From a virus (Duplodnaviria; Caudoviricetes), in the IMG/VR virus record IMGVR_UViG_3300005077_000060, positions 1-35,467 of that record: DNA of 35,467 nucleotides; one strand, given 5' to 3'. The stretch's first letter is position 1. Every line of letters begins with the position of its first letter. Positions 10,501-20,119 of this stretch are shown here, in pieces. The translations under genes and the position numbers were made by a program. The notes under the pieces were generated by a model, which saw only the letters and a program-made list of their open reading frames with translations, was not told where the DNA came from and made no database searches.

Positions 10501-11277
10501 CTTATATTCATTAATGATTTTTTTGAGCCATTTATTAAGCAAATTCTTGAAGTATATGCAGAGGGATTTGGTACAAAACAACTCATTCACTTCAAGCGTG
10601 AAAAGATTATTTCACAGATGATGGTTGTTGCAAAGAAGCACTACGCTACTGAAGTGCTTGATAAAGAAGGTACGGTGTATCAAATTCCAAAATTAGAAGT
10701 TACTGGTATTGAAATTGTGAAAACAAGCACACCTTTATTTGTACGTAATAAACTAAAAACTTTTCTTAAAAATATTTTTACAAATAATGGCAATAATAGC
10801 GTTAAAGAGTTAATGTTAGAAGATTTACGAACCATACGTAAAGAATTCGAAAAAGCACCAATTGATCAAATAGCCAAGCCGTGTGGTTTGACAGATTACG
10901 ATAAGTATGGTAAATCAGGAGAATATTATAAACAACATGGTATTTCATATCCAAAAAAATGTCCACCACATCATAAAGCAGCCATCAATTATAATTATTT
11001 AATTGTGGTCAAAGGTTTGAAATTGTTACCAATTTCAAACGGTACTAAAATGAAATTTATTGCTGTAAAAAAGAATAATAAATTTGGTTTTGATCGTATT
11101 GCATTTATCAATAAGTGGCCTGAAGAATTTAGTGAATGGTTTGAAATTGACTATAATTCACAGTGGGAAAGCACTGCACAAACTCTTGTTGAAGGATGGT
11201 TTAAAGTTCTTAAATGGGGACCGGTTAATTTACAAAAATGTAAATTGAGTGAGATATGGAAAAAGAAAAATAAATAA
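7510..11277 (+). CDS. gp43: Family B DNA polymerase (gp43) containing an intein
   Basis: Exonuclease motifs DIE, GWN..FDIPY, YNVQD; polymerase motifs SFDVTSLYP, KIMIN|SLYG, IDTDS. Confidence 0.97.
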   Translation: MFNRIFYDRKKSQIHLWETINGKRLHHTYEFEHDYYIEDPSGNSDFIDIFGKHVVPRKAPSKRYLNALTQQGIYCCEADLPEEFRFLHNRYEGMTLKADMSQFNVCFLDIEIEIESEFPWPDKAKYPINLITMYFSRTGHQYTLGNREYTGDSPMVKNYMFIPDEKRMMQRFVDIFRKERPDFHTGWNSHVFDIPYIINRCRKIDVDYTKMSPVGHVDANKHGEYLIGAVADLDYQQLYKKFTFDKKDSYTLQAIGQLEVGEGKIDYEGTLYDHYKKDWNNFVEYNVQDVMLVKKIDDEKKFLELVVNVCYESLIPFDRIFSTIAMHTGYAMSYLHNQKMVMSPRNNTRGTEVPGAFVFALSGFFKYLISFDVTSLYPFEIITYNIGPETLRLWPKDTTNLIRTPLSESDGIWYDGTKQSVLSQIVEEIFNTRVRFKNKMKICEQWEHGVGANEYATIADRVGISVEEADQLAADIEKEQGNAKFYNSQQHIRKIMINCFHPSTCIITVDGIKQISDVKVGDIVYSINKQTKMLEKKIVEHIYVYDFDGELETIHNNRFKIMVTPEHTMLATTRTGKVKEIKANDFCQRSINCIPNHLIVNQKTDEKAFCILPFIDKTKYQFEIIHTEHLSKLRKLLPSIHIAKLPKKNRSLLQEIDENIVKEIYEQGYKVICKPKRDYKCKSTEVMLSIDIFSKFIGFYLSEGHLYSSTKKTYNTTVRGITNSICISQCQNINPNTYAEIYDVCKYLSHNIQTTPERITISNDAISEMIAKNFGIKYDKHIFGGKLIEQLNKNIIFESMYKGDGVKKYNCYVIGCKYKQLFEDTMKLLVEIGRIPRFTIDKFSTISSYRISWNECDIYTQKTNYSRTHYVGKVHNITVADNHTVLVGSDGTFGWTGQSLYGACANEYFHFYNPHNAKCITQSGKHLIQYLSNTFNDYFKEYFWKNKKYFPVADEKNKLKRDVVVLIDTDSNYVCLEEVIEKLGLTFKTNEEFHAWALIFINDFFEPFIKQILEVYAEGFGTKQLIHFKREKIISQMMVVAKKHYATEVLDKEGTVYQIPKLEVTGIEIVKTSTPLFVRNKLKTFLKNIFTNNGNNSVKELMLEDLRTIRKEFEKAPIDQIAKPCGLTDYDKYGKSGEYYKQHGISYPKKCPPHHKAAINYNYLIVVKGLKLLPISNGTKMKFIAVKKNNKFGFDRIAFINKWPEEFSEWFEIDYNSQWESTAQTLVEGWFKVLKWGPVNLQKCKLSEIWKKKNK
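9004..10203 (+). mobile_element. 400-aa intein with LAGLIDADG endonuclease in polymerase motif B; ends in Gln
   Basis: Starts CFHPST after KIMIN; block B VTPEH; LAGLIDADG-like FIGFYLSEG and MYKGDG; block F VHNITVADNH; ends WTGQ before +1 Ser (SLYG). Confidence 0.93.
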
Positions 11278-11305
11278 CAAAATAATAACCAACAAAGGAG
11301 TTTTT

Positions 11306-12433
11306 ATGGCAAAAAAGAGTATTAAACCTTTTGAAAGTCTTGTAAGTAAAATTCTTGCAAATAGTAATAATGCATTTGCTGCAGCCTTGAGTGAATCTCA
11401 GTTTTATCAACATGATGTTGAATTTATTGATACGGGTATTCCAATGATTAATGTTGCATTAAGTACAAGAATAGATAAAGGTTTGTGTGGTGGTGTTACA
11501 ACTATAGCTGGTGAATCTAAGCGTTTTAAAACTCTCTTTAGTTTATACATGCTTGAAGCTTTTCAAAAAAAATATTCAGATGGTGCTGCATTATTTTATG
11601 ATACTGAATTTGGTGCACCAAAAGATTATCTACAAAAATTTAACCTCGATTGGAAACGTATTATTCATATACCTATTTCATGTGTTGAAGAACTTAAACA
11701 TGAACTATCATCAACACTTGAGTTGTTGAAAGAGGAATATAAAAATGGTGCTGAACCAAAACTTTTTGTATTGATTGATTCAATTGGTAATTTAGCTTCC
11801 CGTAAAGAAATTAATGATGCTGTTGAAGGTAAAGAAAAATCTGATATGACTCGTGCAAAAGCACTGAAAAGTTTTTTTCGAATTGTTACATCATCACTTA
11901 AAATGATGAATATTCCATGTGTGGCAATTAATCATGTCTATAAAGATCAATCGAGCGCCAATCCAATGTTTGCAGCAACAATTGTTGGAGGTGGTCAAGG
12001 TATAATGCTTGCATCTGATAATGTGTGGATAATTACTCGTCGACAAATTGGAGTATCATCTGAGTTAAAAGGTTATCAATTTATCATTAATGTTGAAAAA
12101 TCTCGTTTCTGTAAAGAAAAATCTCAAATTCCAATTAATGTACATTTTGAAAGTGGTATTCATCGTTACTCAGGGTTGGCTGACCTTGCTGAAGCACTTA
12201 AAATTATCGAAAAAATAAAAATTGGAAAACAAACAGCATATAAATACGGTGATTTGACATGTTTAGCTGAACAAATTGATTTTAATAATGTATTTTGGGA
12301 AAAAATTCTCAAAGAAACGAGTCTTGCAGAAGATATTGCTAATGTTTATGCACTTGGAGCAGGTAATACATTTACTATCGATCCTCAAATTGAAAACGTA
12401 ACAGTATCAGAAACAATAGACGAAGAGGAATGA
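11306..12433 (+). CDS. uvsX: UvsX / RecA-like recombinase
   Basis: DTGIPMINVALS, AGESKRFKT, YDTEFG, IDSIGNLAS; ATG at 11306 follows AAGGAG, so the start is moved from 11249. Confidence 0.95.
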   Translation: MAKKSIKPFESLVSKILANSNNAFAAALSESQFYQHDVEFIDTGIPMINVALSTRIDKGLCGGVTTIAGESKRFKTLFSLYMLEAFQKKYSDGAALFYDTEFGAPKDYLQKFNLDWKRIIHIPISCVEELKHELSSTLELLKEEYKNGAEPKLFVLIDSIGNLASRKEINDAVEGKEKSDMTRAKALKSFFRIVTSSLKMMNIPCVAINHVYKDQSSANPMFAATIVGGGQGIMLASDNVWIITRRQIGVSSELKGYQFIINVEKSRFCKEKSQIPINVHFESGIHRYSGLADLAEALKIIEKIKIGKQTAYKYGDLTCLAEQIDFNNVFWEKILKETSLAEDIANVYALGAGNTFTIDPQIENVTVSETIDEEE

Positions 12434-12440
12434 TAAAAAC

Positions 12441-14288
12441 ATGTCAATAAATTATGAAGATCAAGAAATTACAATTGATCCGTTGTTTTTTGAGCAAATT
12501 ATAGTTAAAATATTATTTACTGATGCTAAGAAAAGGGATAAAATTATCCCCTTTCTTAAACCTAAGTTATTTAATGGTTTTGAAGTACAACAAATTATCA
12601 AACACATTCAGCGTTTTATAGAAACATATGGAACATTTCCTACATTCACTGAATTTAAAGTCGAAATTGAACACAAAGACTTACACAATTATCTTTTAAA
12701 ATGCTTGAATACAGATACTTCACAATTATCTGATGTACATTTATTGGATAAAATTGAATCATTTTTTAAACAGAATTTAGCATTTAATGCTATTGTTGAT
12801 GCAAAAATTCAACTTGAAGATAATAATATTGAACAAATGATTTTATATGCAGATAAATTACGTGAAGCTGTTAGTTTTAGTTTTAAAACAGATATTGGAC
12901 TTGATGTGTTGAGTGAAGAAGGCGAAGAAGAAATGTTTAACCATCTTCATGATCAAGATAAAGTTGTTCCAACTGGAATTGAATATTTTGATCAGATGAT
13001 TGAAGGTGGTTTTCATGAGAAATCACTATCGTTATTTTTAGCTGAATGTGTAACAAAAGACACTATAGTAAAGATTCGTGTGTTAAATTCTTCACATCAT
13101 CATGAGAATAAATGGATTGAAAAAGAAATATCCATAGGAGACATTCAACAATTATTAAAAGATTTTGAGGTTGAAGTATCTTCACCTGATGGTTATGTGC
13201 CAGTTAAACAATATATTTCTAAAGGTAAAAAAAGAATTTATAATGTTGTATGTGGTCAAAAAAGTATTAAATGTAGTGGAAAACACTTATTATTTACCAA
13301 TCGTGGGTGGGTAGCTGTAGAAGATATACAAAAAAAACACAAAATTTTAATGTCTTCTGGTAAATATGAAACTGCACATATATATCAACTGGATAAGAGT
13401 GAAGAAGTTGTTGATATAGCGGTTGATCATCCAAATCACCGATATTTTACTAATGGATTCACAAGTCATAATACAAATATGGGTAAGTCACTTATCATGG
13501 CTGGTTTAGCAGCCAATCAACTTATATTAAATAAGAATGTGTTGTATGTAACGTTGGAAATGTCACGACATAAAATGACAGAGAGAGTGTTGGCTAATTG
13601 TTTTGATTTAGATATAGACCAACTTAAATTACTTACACGTGAAAATTTTCATGCAAAATTTAATCGTTTACGTGAACGTATAAAACACAAACTTGTAGTG
13701 TTAGAATATCCAACACGAACAATTAGCACATCAACATTACGACAAGTTTATAAAGAATTAGAAATAAAAAAAGGTTTTAAACCTGATATTGTTTTTGTTG
13801 ATTATATGGGTATTATGTTACCTATACAAACTCGATCAGATGAAAATTCATATAGTGAACAAAAACGTGTAGCAGAAGAGTTACGTGGTTTAGCAGTTGA
13901 AACAGGAATTCCATGGGTTTCTGCAGTACAAACAAATAGAGGCGGTTTTGATTCTACTAATATTGATTTGAAAGATACTGCGGATTCAATTGGTACAGTA
14001 GCAACAGCTGATATTATTATTGGCGTAACACAATCAGATGAACAAAGACAATTTGGAAAATATAGTTGGATTATTCTTAAAAATAGGTATGGAATTAATA
14101 AACGAAAAACAACTATTGGTGTAAATTATAATAAAATGCGTATATTTGCTGATGAAAGTGTTTCTAATAAAGATCCAGAAAAGCAGTCCCAATCAACACG
14201 AATAGTTGATGAAGCAAGTAGTGTAGCTCTTGGAGTCAATAAAAAAAGTCGGGCAGCTGAACGAAAACAAGATTATAATTTTCACTGA
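12441..14288 (+). CDS. gp41: gp41-like DnaB-family replicative helicase containing a mini-intein
   Basis: Walker A LAE|TNMGKS, YVTLEMS, FVDYM, SAVQTNR, KNRYG. Confidence 0.95.
   Translation: MSINYEDQEITIDPLFFEQIIVKILFTDAKKRDKIIPFLKPKLFNGFEVQQIIKHIQRFIETYGTFPTFTEFKVEIEHKDLHNYLLKCLNTDTSQLSDVHLLDKIESFFKQNLAFNAIVDAKIQLEDNNIEQMILYADKLREAVSFSFKTDIGLDVLSEEGEEEMFNHLHDQDKVVPTGIEYFDQMIEGGFHEKSLSLFLAECVTKDTIVKIRVLNSSHHHENKWIEKEISIGDIQQLLKDFEVEVSSPDGYVPVKQYISKGKKRIYNVVCGQKSIKCSGKHLLFTNRGWVAVEDIQKKHKILMSSGKYETAHIYQLDKSEEVVDIAVDHPNHRYFTNGFTSHNTNMGKSLIMAGLAANQLILNKNVLYVTLEMSRHKMTERVLANCFDLDIDQLKLLTRENFHAKFNRLRERIKHKLVVLEYPTRTISTSTLRQVYKELEIKKGFKPDIVFVDYMGIMLPIQTRSDENSYSEQKRVAEELRGLAVETGIPWVSAVQTNRGGFDSTNIDLKDTADSIGTVATADIIIGVTQSDEQRQFGKYSWIILKNRYGINKRKTTIGVNYNKMRIFADESVSNKDPEKQSQSTRIVDEASSVALGVNKKSRAAERKQDYNFH
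13047..13472 (+). mobile_element. 142-aa mini-intein (no endonuclease) in the helicase P-loop
   Basis: CVTKDT start, block B CSGKH, block F VVDIAV, ends SHN before +1 Thr. Confidence 0.93.
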
Positions 14289-14303
14289 TAAAAGGAGTAA
14301 TTT

Positions 14304-14675
14304 ATGAACAACAATACACAACTTATGGCACATGAAAAAGAAACAGATGTTCTTGATAAAATTGATGGTGAAAAATTTTTAATCACACTTAAAAAGTACA
14401 ATGTAGATCTAACACATTTTTATCTTAATAAACGTAATATTGATCCTATTGAAATGATTAAGTTGAATAAAGCAATAATTGCATGTAAAAAAGAGTATGG
14501 TCTTAGAATAATTGATTGTATTGTAGTTTTAGAAAAAGATTACTTTCCAGCAACAAAAATAGTAGACCTTTTAAGTGAAAAAGTTCGAAAATTATTACGA
14601 CAAGAATTAAAAGAATATGTACCACATTTGAAAGTAACACAAAATACTCTTTCATCATTTTTTTCAACAAAATAA
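14304..14675 (+). CDS. Possible gp33-like late-transcription coactivator
   Basis: IIDCIV...IVDLLSEKVRKLLRQE resembles gp33; matches the T4 33-59-32 gene order. Confidence 0.45.
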   Translation: MNNNTQLMAHEKETDVLDKIDGEKFLITLKKYNVDLTHFYLNKRNIDPIEMIKLNKAIIACKKEYGLRIIDCIVVLEKDYFPATKIVDLLSEKVRKLLRQELKEYVPHLKVTQNTLSSFFSTK

Positions 14676-14681
14676 ATAAAA

Positions 14682-15272
14682 ATGAATAATTCTGTTTTAC
14701 AAGTTTTTTCAATTTATCAAAATATTAAGAAGCTCGTTAAAAGTAAACATTTAGTAACATATTATGATGTGTACAGAACAGTAAGTCGAGTGTGGTTTTC
14801 ACGTTCACCTGAACCTATAAAAATAATGTCACAAAAAATTTATAACGATATTGAATGTCATTTTTATACCCTTGAAGATTTTGCGTTGACTTGTTTACTC
14901 GAATTTCTTTATAATAATAAATGTGATTTAAAAATGTTGAATCATGAAAATATAAATAATACAAGAGAATTATTCTCAAAAGAACGGTTTGTATTGGACA
15001 AACAACTCCTTATGGAGATGAATGCACAAACCCAATTAAATGGCTTAGCTGACTATTTTCGTATTAACCGTCTTGGTAATTCAATTGTTTATGAACTCAT
15101 AATGCATGAAAAAAGATTTCTGTCGCCATATTTTTTTCTTCGTTTTGAAGTTAAAGCAACAGATGAAATGAGTGCAGATGAAAAAATGAATGAACCATCA
15201 GAAGAATATAGGAGGTTTAGCCGTGTAATAAATATAATAAAAGCATCTTTAACAACTTACAAAATTAACTAA
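14682..15272 (+). CDS. Hypothetical protein, possibly a gp59-like helicase loader
   Basis: Size and position between the gp33-like gene and gp32; no diagnostic motif recognised. Confidence 0.3.
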   Translation: MNNSVLQVFSIYQNIKKLVKSKHLVTYYDVYRTVSRVWFSRSPEPIKIMSQKIYNDIECHFYTLEDFALTCLLEFLYNNKCDLKMLNHENINNTRELFSKERFVLDKQLLMEMNAQTQLNGLADYFRINRLGNSIVYELIMHEKRFLSPYFFLRFEVKATDEMSADEKMNEPSEEYRRFSRVINIIKASLTTYKIN

Positions 15273-15301
15273 TTTTTTAACAAACAAAAAAGGAGCCACA
15301 A

Positions 15302-16204
15302 ATGGCAAACAAGACAAAGCTCGATTGGTCAGGTCTTTCAAAGAAAATGGAAGAAGTAAGTCAGGGAAAACGTTCTACACAACAAATAGATTCTCGTTTT
15401 TATCAGCAGAAGTTTTCTGAAGATGGAATAGCACAATCTATTATTCGATTTCTTCCAGCACCCCCTAATGATGTTGATGTTCCTATCACAGCAATTTTCA
15501 ATCACAGATTTGACGGCCCTGGTGGAACATACATTCAAAATTGTCCTACAACTATTGGTCAACGGTGTCCAGTGTGTGACGCAAATCGTGCAATTTGGTC
15601 AACAGATGAAAATCTTGCACGTGTACGCGCACGTAAAAAGAAGTGGATCGCTAATATTCTTATAATCAAAGATCCTAACTGTCCAGAAAATGAAGGAAAA
15701 GTATTTTTGTTTCGTTTTCCTAAGACTATTTATGATAAAATCTGGACAAAAGTACAACCACCAAAAGGTGCTGTTGATGAACCTGTAATTGTTTTTGATC
15801 CTGATGAAGGTGCAAATTTTAAACTTATTGCTGAACAGAAGAAAATCAAAATCTTGCGTCGTGAAATTGTTTATCCTGATTACAAAGATTCAAGTTTTGC
15901 TGAAATTTCTTCTCTTGATAATTATGAGAAAGATATAAAACCAAAACTTTTTAAACTCAGTGAATTTACTGCAGAAGATCAGTTTAAATCTTTTGAAGAG
16001 TTATCAAATCGCTTTGCAATAGTTACAAATCAATCAATTACAAATTCATCATCTCCTTCAACCACAATAGAAGAAACTGAAACTGATATTGAGGATAATG
16101 AGGATAGTGTTCCTCTATTCACTATTGAAAACAATAATACTGATGATGAACATGATGATGATGACTTCATTAGTAAACTCAGAAAGAAAAAACAACAAAA
16201 TTAA
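15302..16204 (+). CDS. gp32: gp32 single-stranded DNA-binding protein
   Basis: IIRFLPAP, H..DGPGG.YIQNCPTTIGQRCPVC zinc site, NEGKVFLFRF, GANFKL, acidic tail. Confidence 0.95.
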   Translation: MANKTKLDWSGLSKKMEEVSQGKRSTQQIDSRFYQQKFSEDGIAQSIIRFLPAPPNDVDVPITAIFNHRFDGPGGTYIQNCPTTIGQRCPVCDANRAIWSTDENLARVRARKKKWIANILIIKDPNCPENEGKVFLFRFPKTIYDKIWTKVQPPKGAVDEPVIVFDPDEGANFKLIAEQKKIKILRREIVYPDYKDSSFAEISSLDNYEKDIKPKLFKLSEFTAEDQFKSFEELSNRFAIVTNQSITNSSSPSTTIEETETDIEDNEDSVPLFTIENNNTDDEHDDDDFISKLRKKKQQN

Positions 16205-16234
16205 TTATTTATTTCAGTTATTTAATTCGTTGTT

Positions 16235-16266
16235 AGTGTGGGCGATTCGCCCACACTTGTTTTTAC
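16235..16266 (+). terminator. Rho-independent terminator after gp32
   Basis: AGTGTGGGCG-att-CGCCCACACT perfect 10-bp stem followed by TGTTTTT. Confidence 0.85.
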
Positions 16267-16288
16267 TTACTAAATGGAGTAATATGGT

Positions 16289-17335
16289 ATGAATCAATAT
16301 ATCAATCAATTCATACTCGATAAATATATTCATATAATTCTTAATTCACAAAAAAATATTTTTGGTAACATTATTGCGAATCGAGAAGAATATAATTTTC
16401 GTTGCAATGTGTGTGGTGATTCAAAAAAATCAAAATATAAACGTCGAGGTTATATTCTTAAACAAAAAACACCATGGATGTTTTTTTGTTTTAACTGTAG
16501 TGCATCAATGCCAGCTCATGTGTGGATGAAAAAATATTTTTATCAACATTATGTTGAATATATCAAAGAATCTATGCAAATTGAAAATAATAATTTAGAA
16601 GTACAAAAACTTCCCGAAATTAAAAATAAAGTACCAGAAAAAAAACAAGAAATAAAAAATATAGATGATTTACATTATTTTAAACCCATACTACAAAGAC
16701 GAGATGGGTTATTTAAAATGGCACAAGAACTATGTGTTTCACGACATATTCCTGAACACATTTGGCATCGTTGGTATGTTGCAATCGATGGTAAATATTT
16801 TGGAAGATTAATTATACCATTTTATGATAAAGATGGTAATATTTATTATTTTCAAGCACGTTCATTATACAAAAAAACAAGTAATAAGTATATCAATATG
16901 GTTGAAAATAGAGATGATGCAATTTATAACTATGATTTTATTACAACCGATCGCCCAATTATATTAGTTGAAGGTCCTATTGATAGTTTGTTTGTTGAAA
17001 ATTCAATTGCTGTTCTTGGTTTAAAATTTAGTGATGTGGTGAGAACAAAAATAAATAAACTTTCACCTTACTATCTTCTCGATTTTGATAAAGATGGTTT
17101 AGCAAATTCGTATAAACTTTTGTTGCAAGGCAAACCTGTGTTCTTATGGGAAAATTTTAAACGTAAATTTAAATTACCAAACCGTGAAAAGTGGGATGTA
17201 AATGATGCTTATGTATATTTACAACGATCATCACCTTTTACTTTTGAAGAACTCAAACCTTTCTTTACAACATCTATATTTGATAAAATTTATCTTGTAC
17301 CACGTAAACCCAATATAATAAGGAAATTCATATGA
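16289..17335 (+). CDS. gp61: gp61-like DNA primase
   Basis: FRCNVCGDS...FCFNC zinc finger, RLIIPF, FQAR, TOPRIM VEGPIDSLF and DFD. Confidence 0.93.
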   Translation: MNQYINQFILDKYIHIILNSQKNIFGNIIANREEYNFRCNVCGDSKKSKYKRRGYILKQKTPWMFFCFNCSASMPAHVWMKKYFYQHYVEYIKESMQIENNNLEVQKLPEIKNKVPEKKQEIKNIDDLHYFKPILQRRDGLFKMAQELCVSRHIPEHIWHRWYVAIDGKYFGRLIIPFYDKDGNIYYFQARSLYKKTSNKYINMVENRDDAIYNYDFITTDRPIILVEGPIDSLFVENSIAVLGLKFSDVVRTKINKLSPYYLLDFDKDGLANSYKLLLQGKPVFLWENFKRKFKLPNREKWDVNDAYVYLQRSSPFTFEELKPFFTTSIFDKIYLVPRKPNIIRKFI

Positions 17336-18063
17336 AAGAACAAATAATATGTGGATTTGATTATTCTGTAAATTCTCCAGGCGTTGTATTCGTAAAGACT
17401 GATAATGAATTTAATGTTGTTGACCGTGCATGGTTAACTTTTACCAATAAAAAGAAATATGTTAATGATGATCCACGAAATAGAGTAATTTATATCAACA
17501 CTACAAAAGGTAAACGTACCTATCCTAATTCACTCGATCAAGCAACGTCTATACGAGATATTATTTGGGAATGGTTTGTGTCAACTAATTGTTTTGATAT
17601 CAATTATGTTGCTTTTGAAGATTATGCACTGGCTGCAAACGGTCGAGTTTTTCATATTGCAGAAGTGACCATGACTATGAAACTTCAAATTTATAATTGT
17701 AACATTCCTATGAGATTATATCCACCTAATCATATTAAACTATTTGCAACTGGACACGGGAATGCTGATAAATTCGAGATGGAAGATGCTTTTGAGGCAC
17801 TCACAGATGTTGAACGATGTGGAATGGATTTAACATGTCTTCCAACTCTCCATGAGCAAAAAAATGGTAATCCGAGAGACAATGTTATTGATGCATTTTG
17901 GGTTTCAGAACTTCTTCGTACAGAGTTACGTATTAGAAGTGGTAATTTAATGATAAATTCTTTACCAGAACATCAAATTAAAGTGTTTAATCTATTAACG
18001 AAATCTTTTACGACAAATATTTTAGCTCGAAATTTTCTTCAAAAAGGAGTTTATTGTGACTAA
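17332..18063 (+). CDS. RuvC-like Holliday junction resolvase / RNase H-fold nuclease
   Basis: GFDYS..SPG, FEDYA, IKLFATGHGNADK, D.VIDAF. Confidence 0.8.
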   Translation: MKEQIICGFDYSVNSPGVVFVKTDNEFNVVDRAWLTFTNKKKYVNDDPRNRVIYINTTKGKRTYPNSLDQATSIRDIIWEWFVSTNCFDINYVAFEDYALAANGRVFHIAEVTMTMKLQIYNCNIPMRLYPPNHIKLFATGHGNADKFEMEDAFEALTDVERCGMDLTCLPTLHEQKNGNPRDNVIDAFWVSELLRTELRIRSGNLMINSLPEHQIKVFNLLTKSFTTNILARNFLQKGVYCD

Positions 18064-18973
18064 TACATTGAGTAATTTTTTTATACAAGCAGAAAGACAA
18101 AAATTAAAACGTAAATTACTCATATTTGATATGCATAATTTAGTTTTTCGCACATTGTTTGTAGCTGCATTTTCAGCAAAAAAACAGTTAATGTCAGATA
18201 TTGAAATGTGGGATTATTGGAAATATTTAATGATAAATAGTCTTTTTAATTGTATCAAATTTAACCAACCTTCACGTGTTGTAATTGCTGTTGATTCTCA
18301 TAATAGTTGGCGAAAAGATGTATATGAAAATTATAAGGAAAATCGTAAAGCTGCCAGAGATGCAGCTGATATAGATTTTGATGCTTTTTGGCCTATTTTA
18401 GATGATTTTATTGAACAAATGAAGAAAACATTTAAAAATCTATATATAATCAAGCTCGATAGATGTGAAGCTGATGATATTATTGCTGTGGTGATAAAAG
18501 AAGAAAGTGACAAAAATACAAACATTGTAGTTATTTCATCAGATAGAGATATGGTTCAATTGATGAAAAATAAAAATGTTGAACTATTTGACCCTATTAA
18601 ACGAAAAAACGTTAAGAGTCTTAATCCTGAACGAGATCTTCAAATCAAAATTATAGCAGGTGATAAATCAGATAATATTCCAGCTATCAAAAAACGTTGT
18701 GCAATTCGTACTGCTAATAAGATGCTTGATGAAGGACTTGAAATATATCTTGCAGATCCTGAAATAAAAGCAAATTATGAACGCAATACACAACTAATTG
18801 ATTTTAATTGTATACCGTTAGAAATTGTAAAACAAATAAAGAACACATATATAAACTATGTATTGGAACCAATCGATGGTATGAATATAATAAAATTTTT
18901 AAGATATAATAACATTAATGTTTTTGCTGAAAACATAGAACAATATTTACCATCATTGCGTAATATTAACTGA
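18056..18973 (+). CDS. rnh: T4-type RNase H / 5'-3' flap exonuclease
   Basis: IFDMHN, SWRK..Y..YKENR, EADDIIA, SSDRDMVQL, GDKSDNIP. Confidence 0.93.
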   Translation: MTNTLSNFFIQAERQKLKRKLLIFDMHNLVFRTLFVAAFSAKKQLMSDIEMWDYWKYLMINSLFNCIKFNQPSRVVIAVDSHNSWRKDVYENYKENRKAARDAADIDFDAFWPILDDFIEQMKKTFKNLYIIKLDRCEADDIIAVVIKEESDKNTNIVVISSDRDMVQLMKNKNVELFDPIKRKNVKSLNPERDLQIKIIAGDKSDNIPAIKKRCAIRTANKMLDEGLEIYLADPEIKANYERNTQLIDFNCIPLEIVKQIKNTYINYVLEPIDGMNIIKFLRYNNINVFAENIEQYLPSLRNIN

Positions 18974-18984
18974 TATTATTAATT

Positions 18985-19137
18985 ATGATGGTAAAAAAGA
19001 AACACAAAGCTGGGTGGAGTCAAGGTGAATATTGTGTTATCAATAAACAAAAATATATTGGTGACAACATACCCATTTATCGGAGTTCATGGGAACACCG
19101 ATTTATGTGTTATATGAAAATTGCAGAAATTGTTTAA
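18985..19137 (+). pseudogene. 50-aa N-terminal fragment of a second gp4-like nuclease (absent from the ORF track)
   Basis: Manual translation MMVKKKHKAGWSQGEYCVINKQKYIGDNIPIYRSSWEHRFMCYMKIAEIV* aligns with the N-terminus of 19443-19940. Confidence 0.8.
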
Positions 19138-19426
19138 CACACAATATGTATTTAGCGGTTGTAAAAAGAAAAAATCATTACGGTTTGATTTCTTTTTGCC
19201 AAAACAAAATATATGTGTTGAATTTGATGGCAAACAACATTTTAAGGAAGGAGTTGGCAGTAATGTTGGCAAACATCAAATAACTTATAAAGATTGGTTA
19301 AACATATCTGAAAGGGATGCTATTAAAACACAATTTTGTTGTATACAAAATATTAAATTGCTTCGGATATCTTATAAACAAATGTCTATAATTAGTAACA
19401 TTCTTGAAGAAAGTCTATTAAATTAA
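19121..19426 (+). pseudogene. Isolated nuclease domain of the PD-(D/E)xK homing endonuclease family
   Basis: RFDFFLP..NICVEFDGKQHF...ERDAIKTQFC...IKLLRISY; no DNA-binding repeats; TTG start only. Confidence 0.75.
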
Positions 19427-19442
19427 TAAATGGTTTAAATAA

Positions 19443-19940
19443 ATGAATATGAATATAAAACATAACCAAGGATGGATGCAGAGTATTTATCAGTTTAAAG
19501 ATATGCAGAATGCAAAAAAATATTTAGGAACAAAACCACCTATCTGTAGAAGTAGTTGGGAAAGACGGTTTTGTAGTTGGTGTGATTTAAACAACAAGGT
19601 ATTGATGTGGGGATCAGAACGTGTAAAGATTCCTTATATTTGGCAAGGCAAACCACACACATATTATACTGATTTTTTTGTTATTCTTATAGACAATAAC
19701 AACAATATACGTAAATTTATAATTGAGATTAAACCACATGGTCAAGGACCTTTTGCTAACAAAAAAGGACAAATCAGCAGACCACGTGAGCCAAAAAACC
19801 GCACTGTTAAAGCACTCAAACGTTATTTATATGAGGTGCAACGGTGGGAAAAGAATGCTGCTAAATGGGCGGCTGCACAATCATATTGTGCACATCATAA
19901 TCTTGAATTCATTATCCTTTCTGAGGAGGATTTACTTTGA
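19443..19940 (+). CDS. gp4: gp4-like head completion nuclease (TnsA-N-like PD-(D/E)xK)
   Basis: RSSWE, WGSE..KIPY, YYTDF, IEIKP, N.AKW.AA, ILSE. Confidence 0.92.
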   Translation: MNMNIKHNQGWMQSIYQFKDMQNAKKYLGTKPPICRSSWERRFCSWCDLNNKVLMWGSERVKIPYIWQGKPHTYYTDFFVILIDNNNNIRKFIIEIKPHGQGPFANKKGQISRPREPKNRTVKALKRYLYEVQRWEKNAAKWAAAQSYCAHHNLEFIILSEEDLL

Positions 19941-20119
19941 TGCATATAGTACAAGCCTTAATGCGTCCTATCAATTCATTTACACTTGAAGAAATAGATG
20001 AAGCAATAATGTACATACAAAGATTGATTGATAGTAAACGATTTTCTTATGACCTCACAATCCTTACAAATCGCATGCATGACCTCCAAGAACGAAAGGA
20101 ATTTGAGCAATGTCAATAA
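19937..20119 (+). CDS. Small hypothetical protein
   Basis: 60-aa ORF overlapping both neighbours, consistent with translational coupling. Confidence 0.55.
   Translation: MMHIVQALMRPINSFTLEEIDEAIMYIQRLIDSKRFSYDLTILTNRMHDLQERKEFEQCQ

Noticed and set aside
14951-14958. TATAAATA inside the gp59-like gene
   Set aside because: It is intragenic in very AT-rich DNA and expected by chance. It could serve gp32, but nothing else supports that.
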